Notes: a model not told the origin generated them from the sequence alone. DNA of 64,000 nt from Chamaesiphon sp. (GCA_965246715.1 CBDFFH010000044.1:64001-128000), one strand, 5' to 3'; counted from the first letter of the stretch, positions 1-11,167 are shown. Numbers and translations: made by a program.

Positions 1-1
1 T

Positions 2-1357
2 ACCCCCGGACACCAAGATTTTAGTGAAGATACCTATCGAACGCTAGCAGCGGCGGATAATGCCGTGATGCTGATCGATGTGGCTAAGGGTTTGGAGCCA
101 CAGACGCGCAAGTTATTTGAAGTCTGTAAGCTGCGCGAGCTTCCGATTTTCACATTTGTGAATAAGATGGATCGACCTGGACGCGAACCATTAGAATTAT
201 TAGATGAAATCGAGCAAGAATTGGGGCTTCAGACCTACGCGGTAAATTGGCCGATCGGTGGCGGAGATCGGTTTAAAGGCGTGTTCGATCGCCATCAGCG
301 CAAAGTTCACCTGTTCGAGCGATCGGCGCATGGTAGCCGCGAAGCGACCGATACGGTGTTGGATCTCCACGATCCGCGTCTCAAAGAATTACTCGATCGA
401 GAATTATTCGAGCAACTCCATAGCGATTTGGAACTCCTCGATGGCGTGGGTTCGGAGTTAGATTTAGATGCGATTCATGCGGGTTATATGACTCCGGTAT
501 TCTTCGGGAGTGCGATGACCAATTTCGGGGTCGAGTTATTTTTACACTACTTCCTCGAATACGCACTCAAACCTGGCAATCGGAATTCTAATCTCGGATC
601 GATCGATCCGAGTTATCCAGAATTTTCTGGCTTTGTATTTAAATTACAAGCAAATATGGACCCCAAACATCGCGATCGCGTGGCGTTTATTCGGGTCTGT
701 ACTGGTAAATTTGAAAAGGATATGACTGTCAGCCACGCGCGTACTGGCAAAACTGTCAGATTGTCGCGTCCCCAAAAGTTATTCGCCCAAGATCGGGAAT
801 CGATCGAAGAAGCATATCCCGGCGACGTGATCGGCTTAAATAATCCTGGTGTATTCGCGATCGGCGATACGATCTATACCGGCGGCAAAAAATTAGAATA
901 CGAAGGCATCCCCTGTTTTTCACCCGAAATCTTTGCCTTTCTCCGCAATCCCAACCCCTCGAAATTCAAACAGTTCCAAAAAGGGGTGACGGAACTTCAG
1001 GAAGAGGGTGCTGTCCAGATTATGTACTCTGCTGATGAATCCAAACGCGACCCAATTTTAGCCGCAGTCGGACAGCTCCAATTTGAAGTAGTCCAGTTTC
1101 GGATGAAGAATGAATATGGAGTAGAGACGACATTAGAGCCGCTGGGATATTCAGTCGCCAGATGGGTAGTCAATGGCTGGGATGCTTTAGATAAAGTCGG
1201 ACGGTTGTTTAATACTTTGACAATTAAAGACCACTGGAATCGTCCGGTACTGTTATTCAAGAATGTCTGGAATGTCAATCAGTTATTAGAAGATCATCCT
1301 AGTCTGAAGTTGAGTGCGATCGCACCCATTACGATCGGTAATTCAGTAGTGAGTTAA
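2..1357 (+). CDS. prfC: Peptide chain release factor 3 (5' end lies outside the window)
   Basis: Frame open from base 2 ([15 protein letters not shown]); NKMDR GTPase motif, [14 protein letters not shown] and GQLQFEV are RF3 motifs. Confidence 0.97.
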   Translation, partial: TPGHQDFSEDTYRTLAAADNAVMLIDVAKGLEPQTRKLFEVCKLRELPIFTFVNKMDRPGREPLELLDEIEQELGLQTYAVNWPIGGGDRFKGVFDRHQRKVHLFERSAHGSREATDTVLDLHDPRLKELLDRELFEQLHSDLELLDGVGSELDLDAIHAGYMTPVFFGSAMTNFGVELFLHYFLEYALKPGNRNSNLGSIDPSYPEFSGFVFKLQANMDPKHRDRVAFIRVCTGKFEKDMTVSHARTGKTVRLSRPQKLFAQDRESIEEAYPGDVIGLNNPGVFAIGDTIYTGGKKLEYEGIPCFSPEIFAFLRNPNPSKFKQFQKGVTELQEEGAVQIMYSADESKRDPILAAVGQLQFEVVQFRMKNEYGVETTLEPLGYSVARWVVNGWDALDKVGRLFNTLTIKDHWNRPVLLFKNVWNVNQLLEDHPSLKLSAIAPITIGNSVVS

Positions 1358-1366
1358 TCATAGGGT

Positions 1367-1530
1367 CTGTAGGGGCTGGTTTATGCTAATAGCCTGCGAT
1401 ACTCACAACCAATCTGACAGCAAAACCAGCCCTTTTGCATCAACCCTGCTGATTAAATCTCAGGAGACCCCATTCAGCTCCTAAAACCCTCTGTGAGCCT
1501 CTGTGCATCCTCCGTGCCCCTCTGTGTTAA
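1367..1530. repeat. REP-like GTAGGGGC hairpin plus degenerate CCTCTGTG tandem repeats between convergent genes
   Basis: gtaggggctggttt...aaaccagccct inverted pair; cctctgtg/cctccgtg repeated 4 times at ~1488-1527. Confidence 0.5.
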
Positions 1531-1553
1531 ATAAACACCCCAAAGCAAAATCT

Positions 1554-1808
1554 CTACCCCTTCTGATTTTGGGACTTAAACCGCCCCGCGACAAAATCTC
1601 GACGCGCGGAATGTTTGGTATCTCGCCCCGTGACTCGCTTGCGCCACATCCGAAAACTCGAAGCCTTCATTTCTCGCCGCATTAACGCGATGACTTGCGG
1701 CTCGGATAGACCGAATTGTAACTCGATCGCATCAAATGTCGTCCGATCTTCCCAAGCCATTTCGAGCACGCGATCGATCGTTTCTGAATCTATTTCTGGT
1801 AATTCCAT
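1554..1808 (-). CDS. DUF2805 / TIGR03643 family protein
   Basis: MAWEDRTTFDAIELQFGLSE...SSFRMWRKRV signature. Confidence 0.85.
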   Translation of the reverse strand: MELPEIDSETIDRVLEMAWEDRTTFDAIELQFGLSEPQVIALMRREMKASSFRMWRKRVTGRDTKHSARRDFVAGRFKSQNQKG

Positions 1809-1816
1809 AATCAATC

Positions 1817-3067
1817 CTATTTAATAATAGTTTGGCGAGCGACGGCTCGATCGAACATTTTCCCAAACCCCTCTTTGCGCATTGCTACTGGTTCGGCGGT
1901 TAGGTTCCAGAGAGTTTCATAGAAAAAGAAGGATACTCCTGCCAAACCTTGTTTGCGGACAGCGGCAATTTGCGATTGAATTTGTTTCATGGGGACGGGT
2001 TTGGGTTTAACGCCCGACATAATCCCAATTCCAACCGGGATGTGTTGACTGGCTAATTTCAATTCGGGATTATTGAGTTCGCCGATGAAGGATTCAAACT
2101 TATCGCGATAGACTTGAACTAATAACTCCTCAACCAAACCTTGCCGTTCCCATTTTGCCCAATCTTGGAGAAAGAAGCTCTTAGCAAAGCCTTGCGGATT
2201 TGGAGAGATCGAGACAATCGCTTTGGGATTGGCTGCTTTAATCGCCACGAATAACTCTTTCATAAAAGCGGTAATCTTATCCGCCCGCCAATTTATCCAT
2301 TCCTGATTTTGAGTATCTTTAGGTGGTAATTTGCCTTGATGGTCGCGTTGATATAAATCGACGGTAAATCGATCGTAACCAAATTCATGTGGGAGTCCAA
2401 AGTGATCGTCAAATTGGATGCCATCTACATCATATTTTTTTACGACTTCGACCACTAGCTCTATTATAAACTTTCTCACATCGGGGCGGAATGGATTGAG
2501 CCAAACGCGGGGATCTTTGCCTTCTTTCCAATTAGTGTTACCGTCTTGCTTTGTCGTCAGCCAATCGGGGTGGAGTTTGGCCAAATCGGAGCCAGCCGGA
2601 TCGCTAGTTCCTGGGGCCATCAGTCCAAATTCAAACCAGGGAATCACGGCTAGCCCTTGTTTGTGCCCCTGCGCCACTAATTCGCGCAGCACGTCGCGTC
2701 CTTCCAATCCTTCGGTTTTTCCAAGCGTTCTCCCAATCAATAATCCAGCGGATTTCTTGGGCATGAAGCTACTCCCCACGACTCGTTTGGCAACTTTACT
2801 AGGATACGTCGTGTAGCCCCAATTCCAGACGACTGGATAAATCGTATTAAAATTTAATTTGCGGAGATCTTTTAGGGCTGTCACCAATCGATCGCGCGAA
2901 AACAATACGTCACTATCGACATTTGTAATCCAAACACCGCGAATTTCTCGATTCGATTTAGTTGCTAGCGATCGAGATAAAAAGAATGTCGGGAAAGTTA
3001 CTGCTAAAATCAATCCGATTGTAATGAAAACAGCAAACCAAGACTTACGATTGAAAAAATTACTCAT
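1817..3067 (-). CDS. Secreted glycoside hydrolase-like 10 (GHL10/DUF187, YddW-like)
   Basis: N-terminal hydrophobic segment; EIRGVW, PWFEFG, WLNP and YDVDGIQFDDHF motifs; start could be 3097. Confidence 0.88.
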   Translation of the reverse strand: MSNFFNRKSWFAVFITIGLILAVTFPTFFLSRSLATKSNREIRGVWITNVDSDVLFSRDRLVTALKDLRKLNFNTIYPVVWNWGYTTYPSKVAKRVVGSSFMPKKSAGLLIGRTLGKTEGLEGRDVLRELVAQGHKQGLAVIPWFEFGLMAPGTSDPAGSDLAKLHPDWLTTKQDGNTNWKEGKDPRVWLNPFRPDVRKFIIELVVEVVKKYDVDGIQFDDHFGLPHEFGYDRFTVDLYQRDHQGKLPPKDTQNQEWINWRADKITAFMKELFVAIKAANPKAIVSISPNPQGFAKSFFLQDWAKWERQGLVEELLVQVYRDKFESFIGELNNPELKLASQHIPVGIGIMSGVKPKPVPMKQIQSQIAAVRKQGLAGVSFFFYETLWNLTAEPVAMRKEGFGKMFDRAVARQTIIK

Positions 3068-3119
3068 TAAAATAGCCGATCTCGAATATAAGTACAAAAA
3101 AGAGATGGATTAGCTTAAA

Positions 3120-3791
3120 TCATCGCTCCATTAGCCCTAGTTTCGGGCGTGCTAGTGTCCAATGTAACTCAGAAGTTTGCGATAATTTCACTTGTTGTAA
3201 ACCAGCTCGATCGATGAAATCCCGAACTTCAGTTAGCGTGAGTCCAGCTTTAAGTGAATCGCGAAATAATTGTTGCTGACGACTGTCATAATCGCCGCCG
3301 AAGCGATCGACTAATTCATCCACAAGGAGATCGGTTTCTGGTCTGATGAGATCGCGAATTAAGAGCGCCCCATCTAATCTGACTAAACGGTTTACCTCCT
3401 GAAAAAATACCAAAGGATCGGGTAAATGATGTACCAAACTATTGGAAACGATCGTATCGAACTCGAGATCTGGATATGGCATCCGTTTTGAATCTACACG
3501 TTCTAATCTAATTCGTTGGCTTAAATTAGCTTCCTCCACATTCCGTTGACCGATAATCAGCATCGATTGTGCCAAATCGATCGCCGTAATTAAGTATTGT
3601 GGTCGTTGCTGGCACATCAAAATGGGAATTCTTGCCGTTCCCGTCCCTACATCTAAGATTTTGACAGCATGTGGATCTAAAGCGATCGCATCGGCAGCAA
3701 ACGCGGTATTTACCGCGCTAAAGTCCATCGCATCGTAAGCAGTTGCCTCGAGCCAGGTATCCATCACTTCTGGTTCCAAAATTCTGTCCAT
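3120..3791 (-). CDS. Class I SAM-dependent methyltransferase
   Basis: ILDVGTGTARIP motif I; SNSLVHH; likely start MDRILEPEVMD. Confidence 0.88.
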   Translation of the reverse strand: MDRILEPEVMDTWLEATAYDAMDFSAVNTAFAADAIALDPHAVKILDVGTGTARIPILMCQQRPQYLITAIDLAQSMLIIGQRNVEEANLSQRIRLERVDSKRMPYPDLEFDTIVSNSLVHHLPDPLVFFQEVNRLVRLDGALLIRDLIRPETDLLVDELVDRFGGDYDSRQQQLFRDSLKAGLTLTEVRDFIDRAGLQQVKLSQTSELHWTLARPKLGLMER

Positions 3792-4131
3792 TGGGTTCTT
3801 GCTGTTGTGGAGATCGGCCGATCGTATTTTATCAGGCACAAAGACCTCCTGCGCTAGATCTAGCGACTGGAGATCGATCTCGGTAACTACTTTGTGCGAT
3901 CGCGATCGCACAAAAACACATTTCAGATCTTATTTAAGTTATGATGTCGATACTATTAAAAAATCTATATGTGTGTTTTAGTTGGTAATCACTGAGTAAG
4001 ATATTTTACATTAGATTTAAATATCTACGTCAAATTTACTACCAGTTTTCATTAGCTAATTTCGATTGCTCTAGATGAGAATCTCTTATCTCTTGGCTTT
4101 CTGAGCCGGAGCTAGTAAATTTGCAATGTGA

Positions 4132-5064
4132 TTGCCAAAAATTGTATCGATGATAATGAAGCCAAGTTGGATTTTAATAGCTGTTGTATCTATAAATTGC
4201 TCGATGAGTTGTGCAATACTGGATGTCGCTGAGCCAAAAGTTTTAGACCGACAATCTATCGAAGCTCGATTACCACAAGTCAATGTCAACGATCGCCACC
4301 AACAGATTGTCATATCCCGATCTCAAGAAAACTCTAAACTCAAAATCTTACTACCACTCTATATCTATCCCAATTGGTACGATCGCGATAAATATCTCTG
4401 GAAACAGGTAGCATTAGCTGCTCGAAAAGTACCGATCGTGGCGATTATCAATCCGAATAATGGGCCGGATAATGCACCGCCGAATAGCGACTATCAGCAG
4501 GGAATTAAGGATTTACATCAAGCCGGTGTCAAGATCGTCGGTTATGTGCCCACAAATTATACCAAGCGCGATCTTCAAGCTGTAAAAGCAGATACCAATC
4601 TCTATATCAAATACTTTAATGTCGATGGAATTTTTATCGATGAGACTGCGAATACTCAAGATAAATTAAGCTATTATCAACAGATCTATCAACATATTAA
4701 ATCGCGATCGCTACGTTATCAAGTTATTCTCAATCCTGGCACAGATATTGCCGAAAGTTATATTCACGAACCAGTTGCTGACGTATTGGTAATCTTTGAA
4801 AATTATCAAAAGGTATGGGCAAACTACCATCCGCCTGCATATGTCAAAAATTATGCATCCGAACATTTTGCGGCGCTAGTACATACAGCAGCAGATCGAC
4901 AGTTGATGACAACTACACTCGATCGCGCTGCCAAGCATAAATTTGGTTATATTTATATCACCAATGATAGTACCGATACTGCCAATCAAAATCCCTGGGA
5001 CAGTTTGCCCAGCTATTGGCAAGCACAGGTTAACTATATTCAAAAGTTAAACGCAGCTAAATAA
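4132..5064 (+). CDS. Spherulin-4 / GH135-like secreted glycoside hydrolase
   Basis: PLYIYP, AIINPNNGP, DGIFIDE, LNPGT, IFEN and NPWDSLPSYW motifs; start uncertain (4132-4156). Confidence 0.85.
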   Translation: MPKIVSMIMKPSWILIAVVSINCSMSCAILDVAEPKVLDRQSIEARLPQVNVNDRHQQIVISRSQENSKLKILLPLYIYPNWYDRDKYLWKQVALAARKVPIVAIINPNNGPDNAPPNSDYQQGIKDLHQAGVKIVGYVPTNYTKRDLQAVKADTNLYIKYFNVDGIFIDETANTQDKLSYYQQIYQHIKSRSLRYQVILNPGTDIAESYIHEPVADVLVIFENYQKVWANYHPPAYVKNYASEHFAALVHTAADRQLMTTTLDRAAKHKFGYIYITNDSTDTANQNPWDSLPSYWQAQVNYIQKLNAAK

Positions 5065-5198
5065 ATAAAGTTAGTTCGATCGATTGCGTTCGGGCGTGTA
5101 AGGTTAAAAACAGTCGTCACTTTTAGCCATCTCTCGGCCCCGATCGGGTACGATCTGAAGGCAATTAATCTTGCAGCAACTGTATCAAGTCTCACCAC

Positions 5199-6032
5199 AT
5201 GGACACTATTTGGCGATCGGTCAAACCCTATACCGATATTCTGTACCACAAAACCGATGGCATCGCGAAAGTGACTATCAATCGACCTGAAAAGCGCAAT
5301 GCCTTTCGGCCGCACACAGTATTTGAGATGTACGATGCGTTTTGTGATGCGCGGGAAGATACTAGCATCGGGGTAGTGCTGCTGACGGGTGCGGGGCCAC
5401 ATACCGATGGTAAATATGCTTTTTGTGCTGGTGGCGACCAATCAGTGCGCGGATCTGGGGGGTATAAAGGCGCAGACGGGATTCCGCGCTTGAACGTACT
5501 CGACCTCCAGAGATTGATTCGATCGATGCCTAAGGCGGTAATTGCTCTCGTTGCGGGTTATGCGATCGGTGGCGGGCATGTGTTGCATTTACTTTGCGAT
5601 CTGACGATCGCGGCAGATAATGCGATTTTCGGTCAAACTGGCCCCAAAGTGGGCAGTTTCGATGGCGGGTTTGGGGCGAGTTATCTCGCGCGCGTAGTCG
5701 GGCAAAAGAAGGCGCGGGAAATCTGGTACCTCTGCCGTCAATATGACGCACAAGCAGCGTTAGGCATGGGTTTGGTTAATTGTGTCGTACCGATCGATCG
5801 CTTAGAAGCCGAAGGGGTAGCTTGGGCACAGGAGATTTTAGCCAAAAGTCCGATCGCGATTCGCTGTCTCAAAGCCGCTCTCAATGCCGATTGCGATGGG
5901 CAAGCTGGTTTACAAGAATTGGCGGGCAATGCCACTCTGCTCTACTATATGACCGAAGAAGGTGCCGAAGGCAAGCAAGCTTTTCTGGAAAAGCGATCGC
6001 CCAATTTTCGGCAATATCCTTGGTTGCCATAA
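5199..6032 (+). CDS. menB: 1,4-dihydroxy-2-naphthoyl-CoA synthase
   Basis: [30 protein letters not shown]. Confidence 0.97.
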   Translation: MDTIWRSVKPYTDILYHKTDGIAKVTINRPEKRNAFRPHTVFEMYDAFCDAREDTSIGVVLLTGAGPHTDGKYAFCAGGDQSVRGSGGYKGADGIPRLNVLDLQRLIRSMPKAVIALVAGYAIGGGHVLHLLCDLTIAADNAIFGQTGPKVGSFDGGFGASYLARVVGQKKAREIWYLCRQYDAQAALGMGLVNCVVPIDRLEAEGVAWAQEILAKSPIAIRCLKAALNADCDGQAGLQELAGNATLLYYMTEEGAEGKQAFLEKRSPNFRQYPWLP

Positions 6033-6060
6033 ATTACTAGCATAAATCCGCCCCTACTTT

Positions 6061-6366
6061 AACGTGAGTCTCCAATGGGGCGCGCCGCAGGAAGGACGAA
6101 AGAAACAGGTAGAGGGGGTTTACTTCTAATCGGTAGCGAGAAGGCTAGAACTATCTCCCAGACTCTAGTTTGGTCGCGTAGGGAAATTTTGTTTCTTAGG
6201 AGTTCGGGAGGATATTGGCTCCGCTCGGGCACCGCACTCGATTGAAATCGGTGCTAGTGGTGCGAAGTCCGCGTTCGAGGACTAAGATATTCAGTCCGCG
6301 AAGGCGGACTTCGCTTCATGAGCCGAGACTTCAGTCTCCAGGCTCCTCTTAACCCGAACCCACGTT
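6061..6366. mobile_element. Degenerate AACGTSAGTTCGGG-TIR MITE
   Basis: 6200-6366 aligns with the 39811-39985 element; right end cttaacccgaacccacgtt; aacgtgag at 6061. Confidence 0.7.
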
Positions 6367-7579
6367 ACCTTAATGCCCATGCTAAAAACCGCTCGGTATA
6401 GTAAAGCGCAAGCTGGTTGCTCGTGCCAGAAAATACTGCGTCAAAAGCATGATCCGCCCAGGGAATTTCGATGAAAATCGCTCGATTGCCTTGGGCGACT
6501 AGTGTATCGGCAAGGTGCTTGCCATACTTAGACTCGACGATCCGATCTTTGCCGCCATAGATGAGTAAAGATGCTGGTAAACCGGATTTGACAGCAAATA
6601 AGGGAGATGCAGCTCGGTATAATTGGGGAAAATCCTGCGGCGTACCGCCCAAGAAATCGCGGAGCGTAGCGCGAGAATCGATCGGATCGGGCACGGGGGG
6701 ATTGTTGTAGCCAGCAATAAGATTCACTGGGCCGTAGTAATCGACCACCGCCCGCATCGGCAGCGACGAGTCGTAGGCGGCTAACATGGCTAGCTGCGCG
6801 CCTGCCGAGCGGCCGATAACGGCAACTCGATCGAGATCGGTTTCATAGCTGGCAGCCTGCTGTTTGATAAAATCGATTGCCAAGCGCACATCATCGATTT
6901 GAGCGGGAAAATGATACTGTGGAGCATGACGATAATCGATCGCCCAGACGACATAGCCCTGAGCGGCAATATAACGGTTGAAACTCTCATCGCTATCGGC
7001 ACTACCGCGTTGCCATGCACCACCATAAATCGAGATAAGTGCCGGATATTTACCGACTTGCTGGGGACGATAGATATTCAGCGCTAGCTTGGTGCCGTTG
7101 GCAGCAGCAAAGGAAATGTGTCGATCGATCCTGACTGCTGGACTCGAAATACCGCGCCATAAATCTGCAATTACCAAAGAATGCGATCGTAGTTGCTGTT
7201 TGACCGACGGCAGCATCCGATCGAGATAATCGCGCCCTAAACTAGTAGTAATTGCCAGTTCTGCCCGTTGTTGCGTCGCGGAAAATTGAATCAGGGGAAA
7301 AGCACTCAAACCCAACGCCAAGGAAATACAACAGAGATTTAGCAGCAAGCTTCGCCGTTGGGTGGGATATTGGCGGCCATAGATTAGCCCACTTAAAATC
7401 AGCGTCGCTGCATTCAAGCCAATGATGCCAGGACTAATTTCTGGTGCGCCGACACTAAATGGCAGTAAGGAAAAAATCGGTGCGGGACAAACAATCCATA
7501 AACTTAAAAATAACCCGACAGCGGTTAATAACCATAAAATAACTGGCGCGATCGCGGAGAGATAATGTTTGGCTATCAT
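6365..7579 (-). CDS. Membrane-anchored alpha/beta hydrolase (esterase/lipase)
   Basis: N-terminal TM helices; YGGAW oxyanion motif, GRSAG nucleophile, GKDRIV Asp, DHAFD His. Confidence 0.9.
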   Translation of the reverse strand: MIAKHYLSAIAPVILWLLTAVGLFLSLWIVCPAPIFSLLPFSVGAPEISPGIIGLNAATLILSGLIYGRQYPTQRRSLLLNLCCISLALGLSAFPLIQFSATQQRAELAITTSLGRDYLDRMLPSVKQQLRSHSLVIADLWRGISSPAVRIDRHISFAAANGTKLALNIYRPQQVGKYPALISIYGGAWQRGSADSDESFNRYIAAQGYVVWAIDYRHAPQYHFPAQIDDVRLAIDFIKQQAASYETDLDRVAVIGRSAGAQLAMLAAYDSSLPMRAVVDYYGPVNLIAGYNNPPVPDPIDSRATLRDFLGGTPQDFPQLYRAASPLFAVKSGLPASLLIYGGKDRIVESKYGKHLADTLVAQGNRAIFIEIPWADHAFDAVFSGTSNQLALYYTERFLAWALR

Positions 7580-7669
7580 CTAGAAATACTCATCTCGTTC
7601 GATCGGCATATTAACGATCTAGTTTAGCTCGATCGAACTAAAGATTCTCGCAGATAAATAGCAACTGAA

Positions 7670-8818
7670 ATGCCGAACTTCGTCCTGATTGCTAATCCCG
7701 AAACTCGCCGAGTAGAGCTATTTCAGCAAGCCTTAAAAGATCGTGGCTTATCGCCAGCAAGACTCATCGCCTACGCCGACTTATTAGCCCATAAATGCCA
7801 ACTAGCCGAATTTGACTCATCCGAGACGATCTTCCGGTTTGATGCGCCAGAGCGCAGTTTTGCAGTCGATCGCGGGTTCATTGCCGCAGGTGCGGGGATC
7901 GAGCCAAATGGACAGCATCAAAAGATTAGCGCGATCGAGGCGGCAAATCTCCCCGAAGACTTAGGGCGGATCTGGTATCAACATCAATGGTACCTCGGCT
8001 GGTGTCAGCGCCTGCGCTTGTGGACGGCAACTCTCCAAGGTCGAATCCTCAACCACCCCGAAGACATTATCATCATGTTTGATAAAGTCCGGTGCCAGAG
8101 AATTCTTGCGGCTGCTGAGGTGCCTGTGCCAATGATGTTATTTACTGACAGAGCAGGAGAGGGGAGGGATCGATTTACAATCGATCGATTGCGCCAAACA
8201 ATGACTACCCAAAACATCAACAGGATATTTATCAAACTAGCACATGGCTCCTCCGCCTCTGGCGTTGTTGCCTATGAATTGCGCGGTGAAATGGAACGCG
8301 CTATTACTACCGTCGAGCGAGTTATGGAAGCTGGAGAATTGCGATTTTACAATTCTCGCTTGATTCGGCAATATCGCGATCGACAGGCAATTGCGGAGAT
8401 TATCGATTTCCTCGCCGCCGAATCGGTACAAATCGAAACCTGGCTCCCCAAGGCGCGCTCGCACGGTAGAGAATTTGATGTGCGGGTAGTTGTCATCGGG
8501 GGGAAAGCTTGCCAAGCGGTGATGCGAGTTGGAAATAGCCCCATGACTAATTTACACCTCGGTAACGATCGACAGGATATTACTGAATTACCCCCTGGAT
8601 TATCCGCGCATACTTGGGCAGAAATGCTCGCCACCTGCGAACGTGCGGCTGCTTGCTTTCCCCGAAGTTTCTACTGCGGCATCGACTTATTAATCGCCCC
8701 GAATTTAAAAGACCACTATATTCTCGAACTGAATGCTTTCGGCGATTTGTTGCAAGGGATTACATGGCAAGGGGAGGATACTTATCAGACTGAGGTGAGG
8801 ATGTTGCTAAATGAGTAA
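7670..8818 (+). CDS. STM4014-family ATP-grasp protein
   Basis: FDK..CQ, IKLAHGSSASGV, FDVRVVV, PMTNLHLGN, ELNAFGDLL; gene context. Confidence 0.85.
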   Translation: MPNFVLIANPETRRVELFQQALKDRGLSPARLIAYADLLAHKCQLAEFDSSETIFRFDAPERSFAVDRGFIAAGAGIEPNGQHQKISAIEAANLPEDLGRIWYQHQWYLGWCQRLRLWTATLQGRILNHPEDIIIMFDKVRCQRILAAAEVPVPMMLFTDRAGEGRDRFTIDRLRQTMTTQNINRIFIKLAHGSSASGVVAYELRGEMERAITTVERVMEAGELRFYNSRLIRQYRDRQAIAEIIDFLAAESVQIETWLPKARSHGREFDVRVVVIGGKACQAVMRVGNSPMTNLHLGNDRQDITELPPGLSAHTWAEMLATCERAAACFPRSFYCGIDLLIAPNLKDHYILELNAFGDLLQGITWQGEDTYQTEVRMLLNE

Positions 8819-8919
8819 AAGTAGTAGAGTTTTGTGGGAACGATCTGAAGGGGTGTAAAATTGTTGAGAGTTCGGAGATGGGTTTGTTTAGATCGATCGT
8901 CAATCCAATAAAATAACTA

Positions 8920-9840
8920 ATGGGTATTTATCAAGAGACAGAACAGTTCTTGGGTAAACCAATTACTAACTACGATGAAAGCATTGACACGATCGATCCG
9001 ATCGATACTGTTTATCGGTTACGGGTCGAGTATGATTCGGAATATAGCATCCTCGATCTCCTCGCGCGGTTTGCGGCTGATGCTAATGCCAGTAAGATTA
9101 CCCGCTTGATTATCGGGATGTGGGATTACGATGATTCCAGTCAGGCTGTCGTCGAACTACTGGTAAGCATTCACGATCGACTGCCAAATTTAACCGCCGT
9201 TTTTATCGGTGATATCGAAGACGAAGAAAATCAAATTTCGTGGATTCAACAAAGCGATCTATCGCCCTTACTCAATGCTTACCCGCAGTTAGAATATTTA
9301 CGGGTTCGGGGTAATGATGGGTTGAGTTTTGGCAATCTCAAACACGATCGATTAAAAACACTCATCGTCGAAACAGGTGGATTGAGTGTCAATCGGGTAC
9401 GAGAAGTTTGTAATGCTCGTCTCCCTCAACTCGAACATCTAGAACTATGGTTGGGTACCGATGACTATGGCGGTGATGCCACGGTTGAAGATTTAGCCCC
9501 AATTTTGGCTGGCACTTTGTTTCCCAAATTAACCTATTTAGGTTTGAGAGATAGTATTATTGCTGACTCGGTAGCGACTGCGGTAGCAACTGCACCTGTA
9601 ATACAACAACTCAAAGTACTCGATTTATCATTGGGCAATATCGGCGATATCGGAGCCGCTGCACTATTAGCTAGTCCGTATCTGCACCATTTAGAAAAAC
9701 TCGATCTCAATCATCATTATATTTCCGACGAATTAGTCTCCCAATTAGAAAAATTAACTATTACTGTCGATGTCAGCGATGTCCAAGATGCTGATGAATA
9801 TGATGGCAATGAGCATCGTTATATTGCCGTTGCGGAATGA
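8920..9840 (+). CDS. STM4015-family LRR-like protein (copy 1)
   Basis: FIGDI..EE.QISWIQQSD, LELWLG..DYGGD, LGLRDS, LDLSLG; C-terminus RYIAVAE. Confidence 0.85.
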   Translation: MGIYQETEQFLGKPITNYDESIDTIDPIDTVYRLRVEYDSEYSILDLLARFAADANASKITRLIIGMWDYDDSSQAVVELLVSIHDRLPNLTAVFIGDIEDEENQISWIQQSDLSPLLNAYPQLEYLRVRGNDGLSFGNLKHDRLKTLIVETGGLSVNRVREVCNARLPQLEHLELWLGTDDYGGDATVEDLAPILAGTLFPKLTYLGLRDSIIADSVATAVATAPVIQQLKVLDLSLGNIGDIGAAALLASPYLHHLEKLDLNHHYISDELVSQLEKLTITVDVSDVQDADEYDGNEHRYIAVAE

Positions 9841-9975
9841 GTTATTTGGGGTAGGGTATGAGGGCATGGGGCAGATGAGATCGATCTTCAATCCAAAATC
9901 TTGTCTTTACTGAAACACATGCGGAGGGAACCTCAGCGTGATCTTCAGTCGCAAAATCCAAAATCCAAAATTGTT

Positions 9976-10790
9976 TTGATAAACATCGCCCGATCGATCG
10001 GTACCCCACGATTTATTATTTATTACTCTCGATACGCTCCGCTATGATGTCGCCGAGGAGTGCCTGTTAGCAGGTCGCACACCAAACTTGGCGGGGTTAT
10101 TACCAGGGGGAATGTGGGAACGCCGCCACACGCCTGCAAGCTTCACTTATGCCGCTCACCAGGCGTTTTTTGCTGGTTTCCTACCCACACCAGATCGACC
10201 GGGGAAACATCCACGTTTATTCGCGCTCAGTTTTGCTGGGAGTGAGACAACGGGGGAAAATACCTATGTGTTTGAGACGGCGGATATTGTCTTGGGTTTT
10301 GCCCAACGCGGCTATCATACGATTTGCATCGGTGGAGTCGGCTTTTTTAACAAACAAAATGCATTGGGAAATGTCTTGCCAGGCATGTTTGCCGAAAGCC
10401 ATTGGCAGTCCGAGCTTAGGCGTAACCGATCCGCATTCTACCGAAAATCAAGTGGCACTCGCGATCGATCTCTTGCAGTCACTCCCCCCATTGCAGCGAG
10501 TCTTCCTGTTTATCAATATTTCGGCACTCCACCAACCCAACTGCATTTTTCGCCCTGGTGCGACGGTAGATTCTCGGGAAACTCAGGCGGCGGCGCTAGC
10601 TTATGTCGATCGACATCTTCCCCCATTATTTCAGGCGATGCAACAACGCGCCCCGACAAATTGCATCATTTGCTCGGATCATGGGACAGCATATGGTGAG
10701 GATGATTATATCGGCCATCGGTTGAGTCATCCAGTGGTGTGGACTGTTCCCTATGCAGAATTTGTGTTGGAATCGATTAGGGAATTTTAG
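9976..10790 (+). pseudogene. STM4013/SEN3800-family alkaline-phosphatase/sulfatase-fold hydrolase with two +1 frameshifts
   Basis: Frame 1 TTG-INIARSIGT; extra C in CCCC run 10004-10007; frame 2 HDLLFITLDTLRYD...SFTYAAH...ESHW; second shift at ~10405-10417; frame 3 LGVTDP...SDHGTAYGED...VWTVPY. Confidence 0.82.
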
Positions 10791-10821
10791 AATCGGTAGA
10801 GATAAGCTCCACTATCCCCAG

Positions 10822-11167
10822 GTGGGTGATGTTATTGGTACCTTTAAAGCTATGACAACCAACGGCTACATTACTGGCGTAGAATATCAAAATTGACCGT
10901 CTTTCGATCGTCGAATATGGCAACGAAGTTACGATGAACAGTAATCAAATATAAGATAACGTGTAGGGCGGGCATTGCCCACCGTCTAGGTTTTAGGCTT
11001 TTCTGATGTTATAAATATTTGCGCCGACCTACTTATGGCAACGAAGTTACGACGAACAGATCGTCCGCACCGATCGATTCTTGATAGCCATCCCACAATA
11101 TATCGAACACAATCCCCTCAAGTGGGAAAACGCCGAACTCCATCCAGATGTGAAATCAAAATGGTAG
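10822..11167 (+). pseudogene. C-terminal remnant of a REP-associated tyrosine (Y1/RAYT) transposase
   Basis: GDVIGTFKAMTTNGYITGVEYQN*PSFDRRIWQRSYDEQ, then after an insertion WQRSYDEQIVRTDRFLIAIPQYIEHNPLKW, matching the RAYT WQR.Y.EH.IR...YI..NP.KW motif. Confidence 0.75.
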
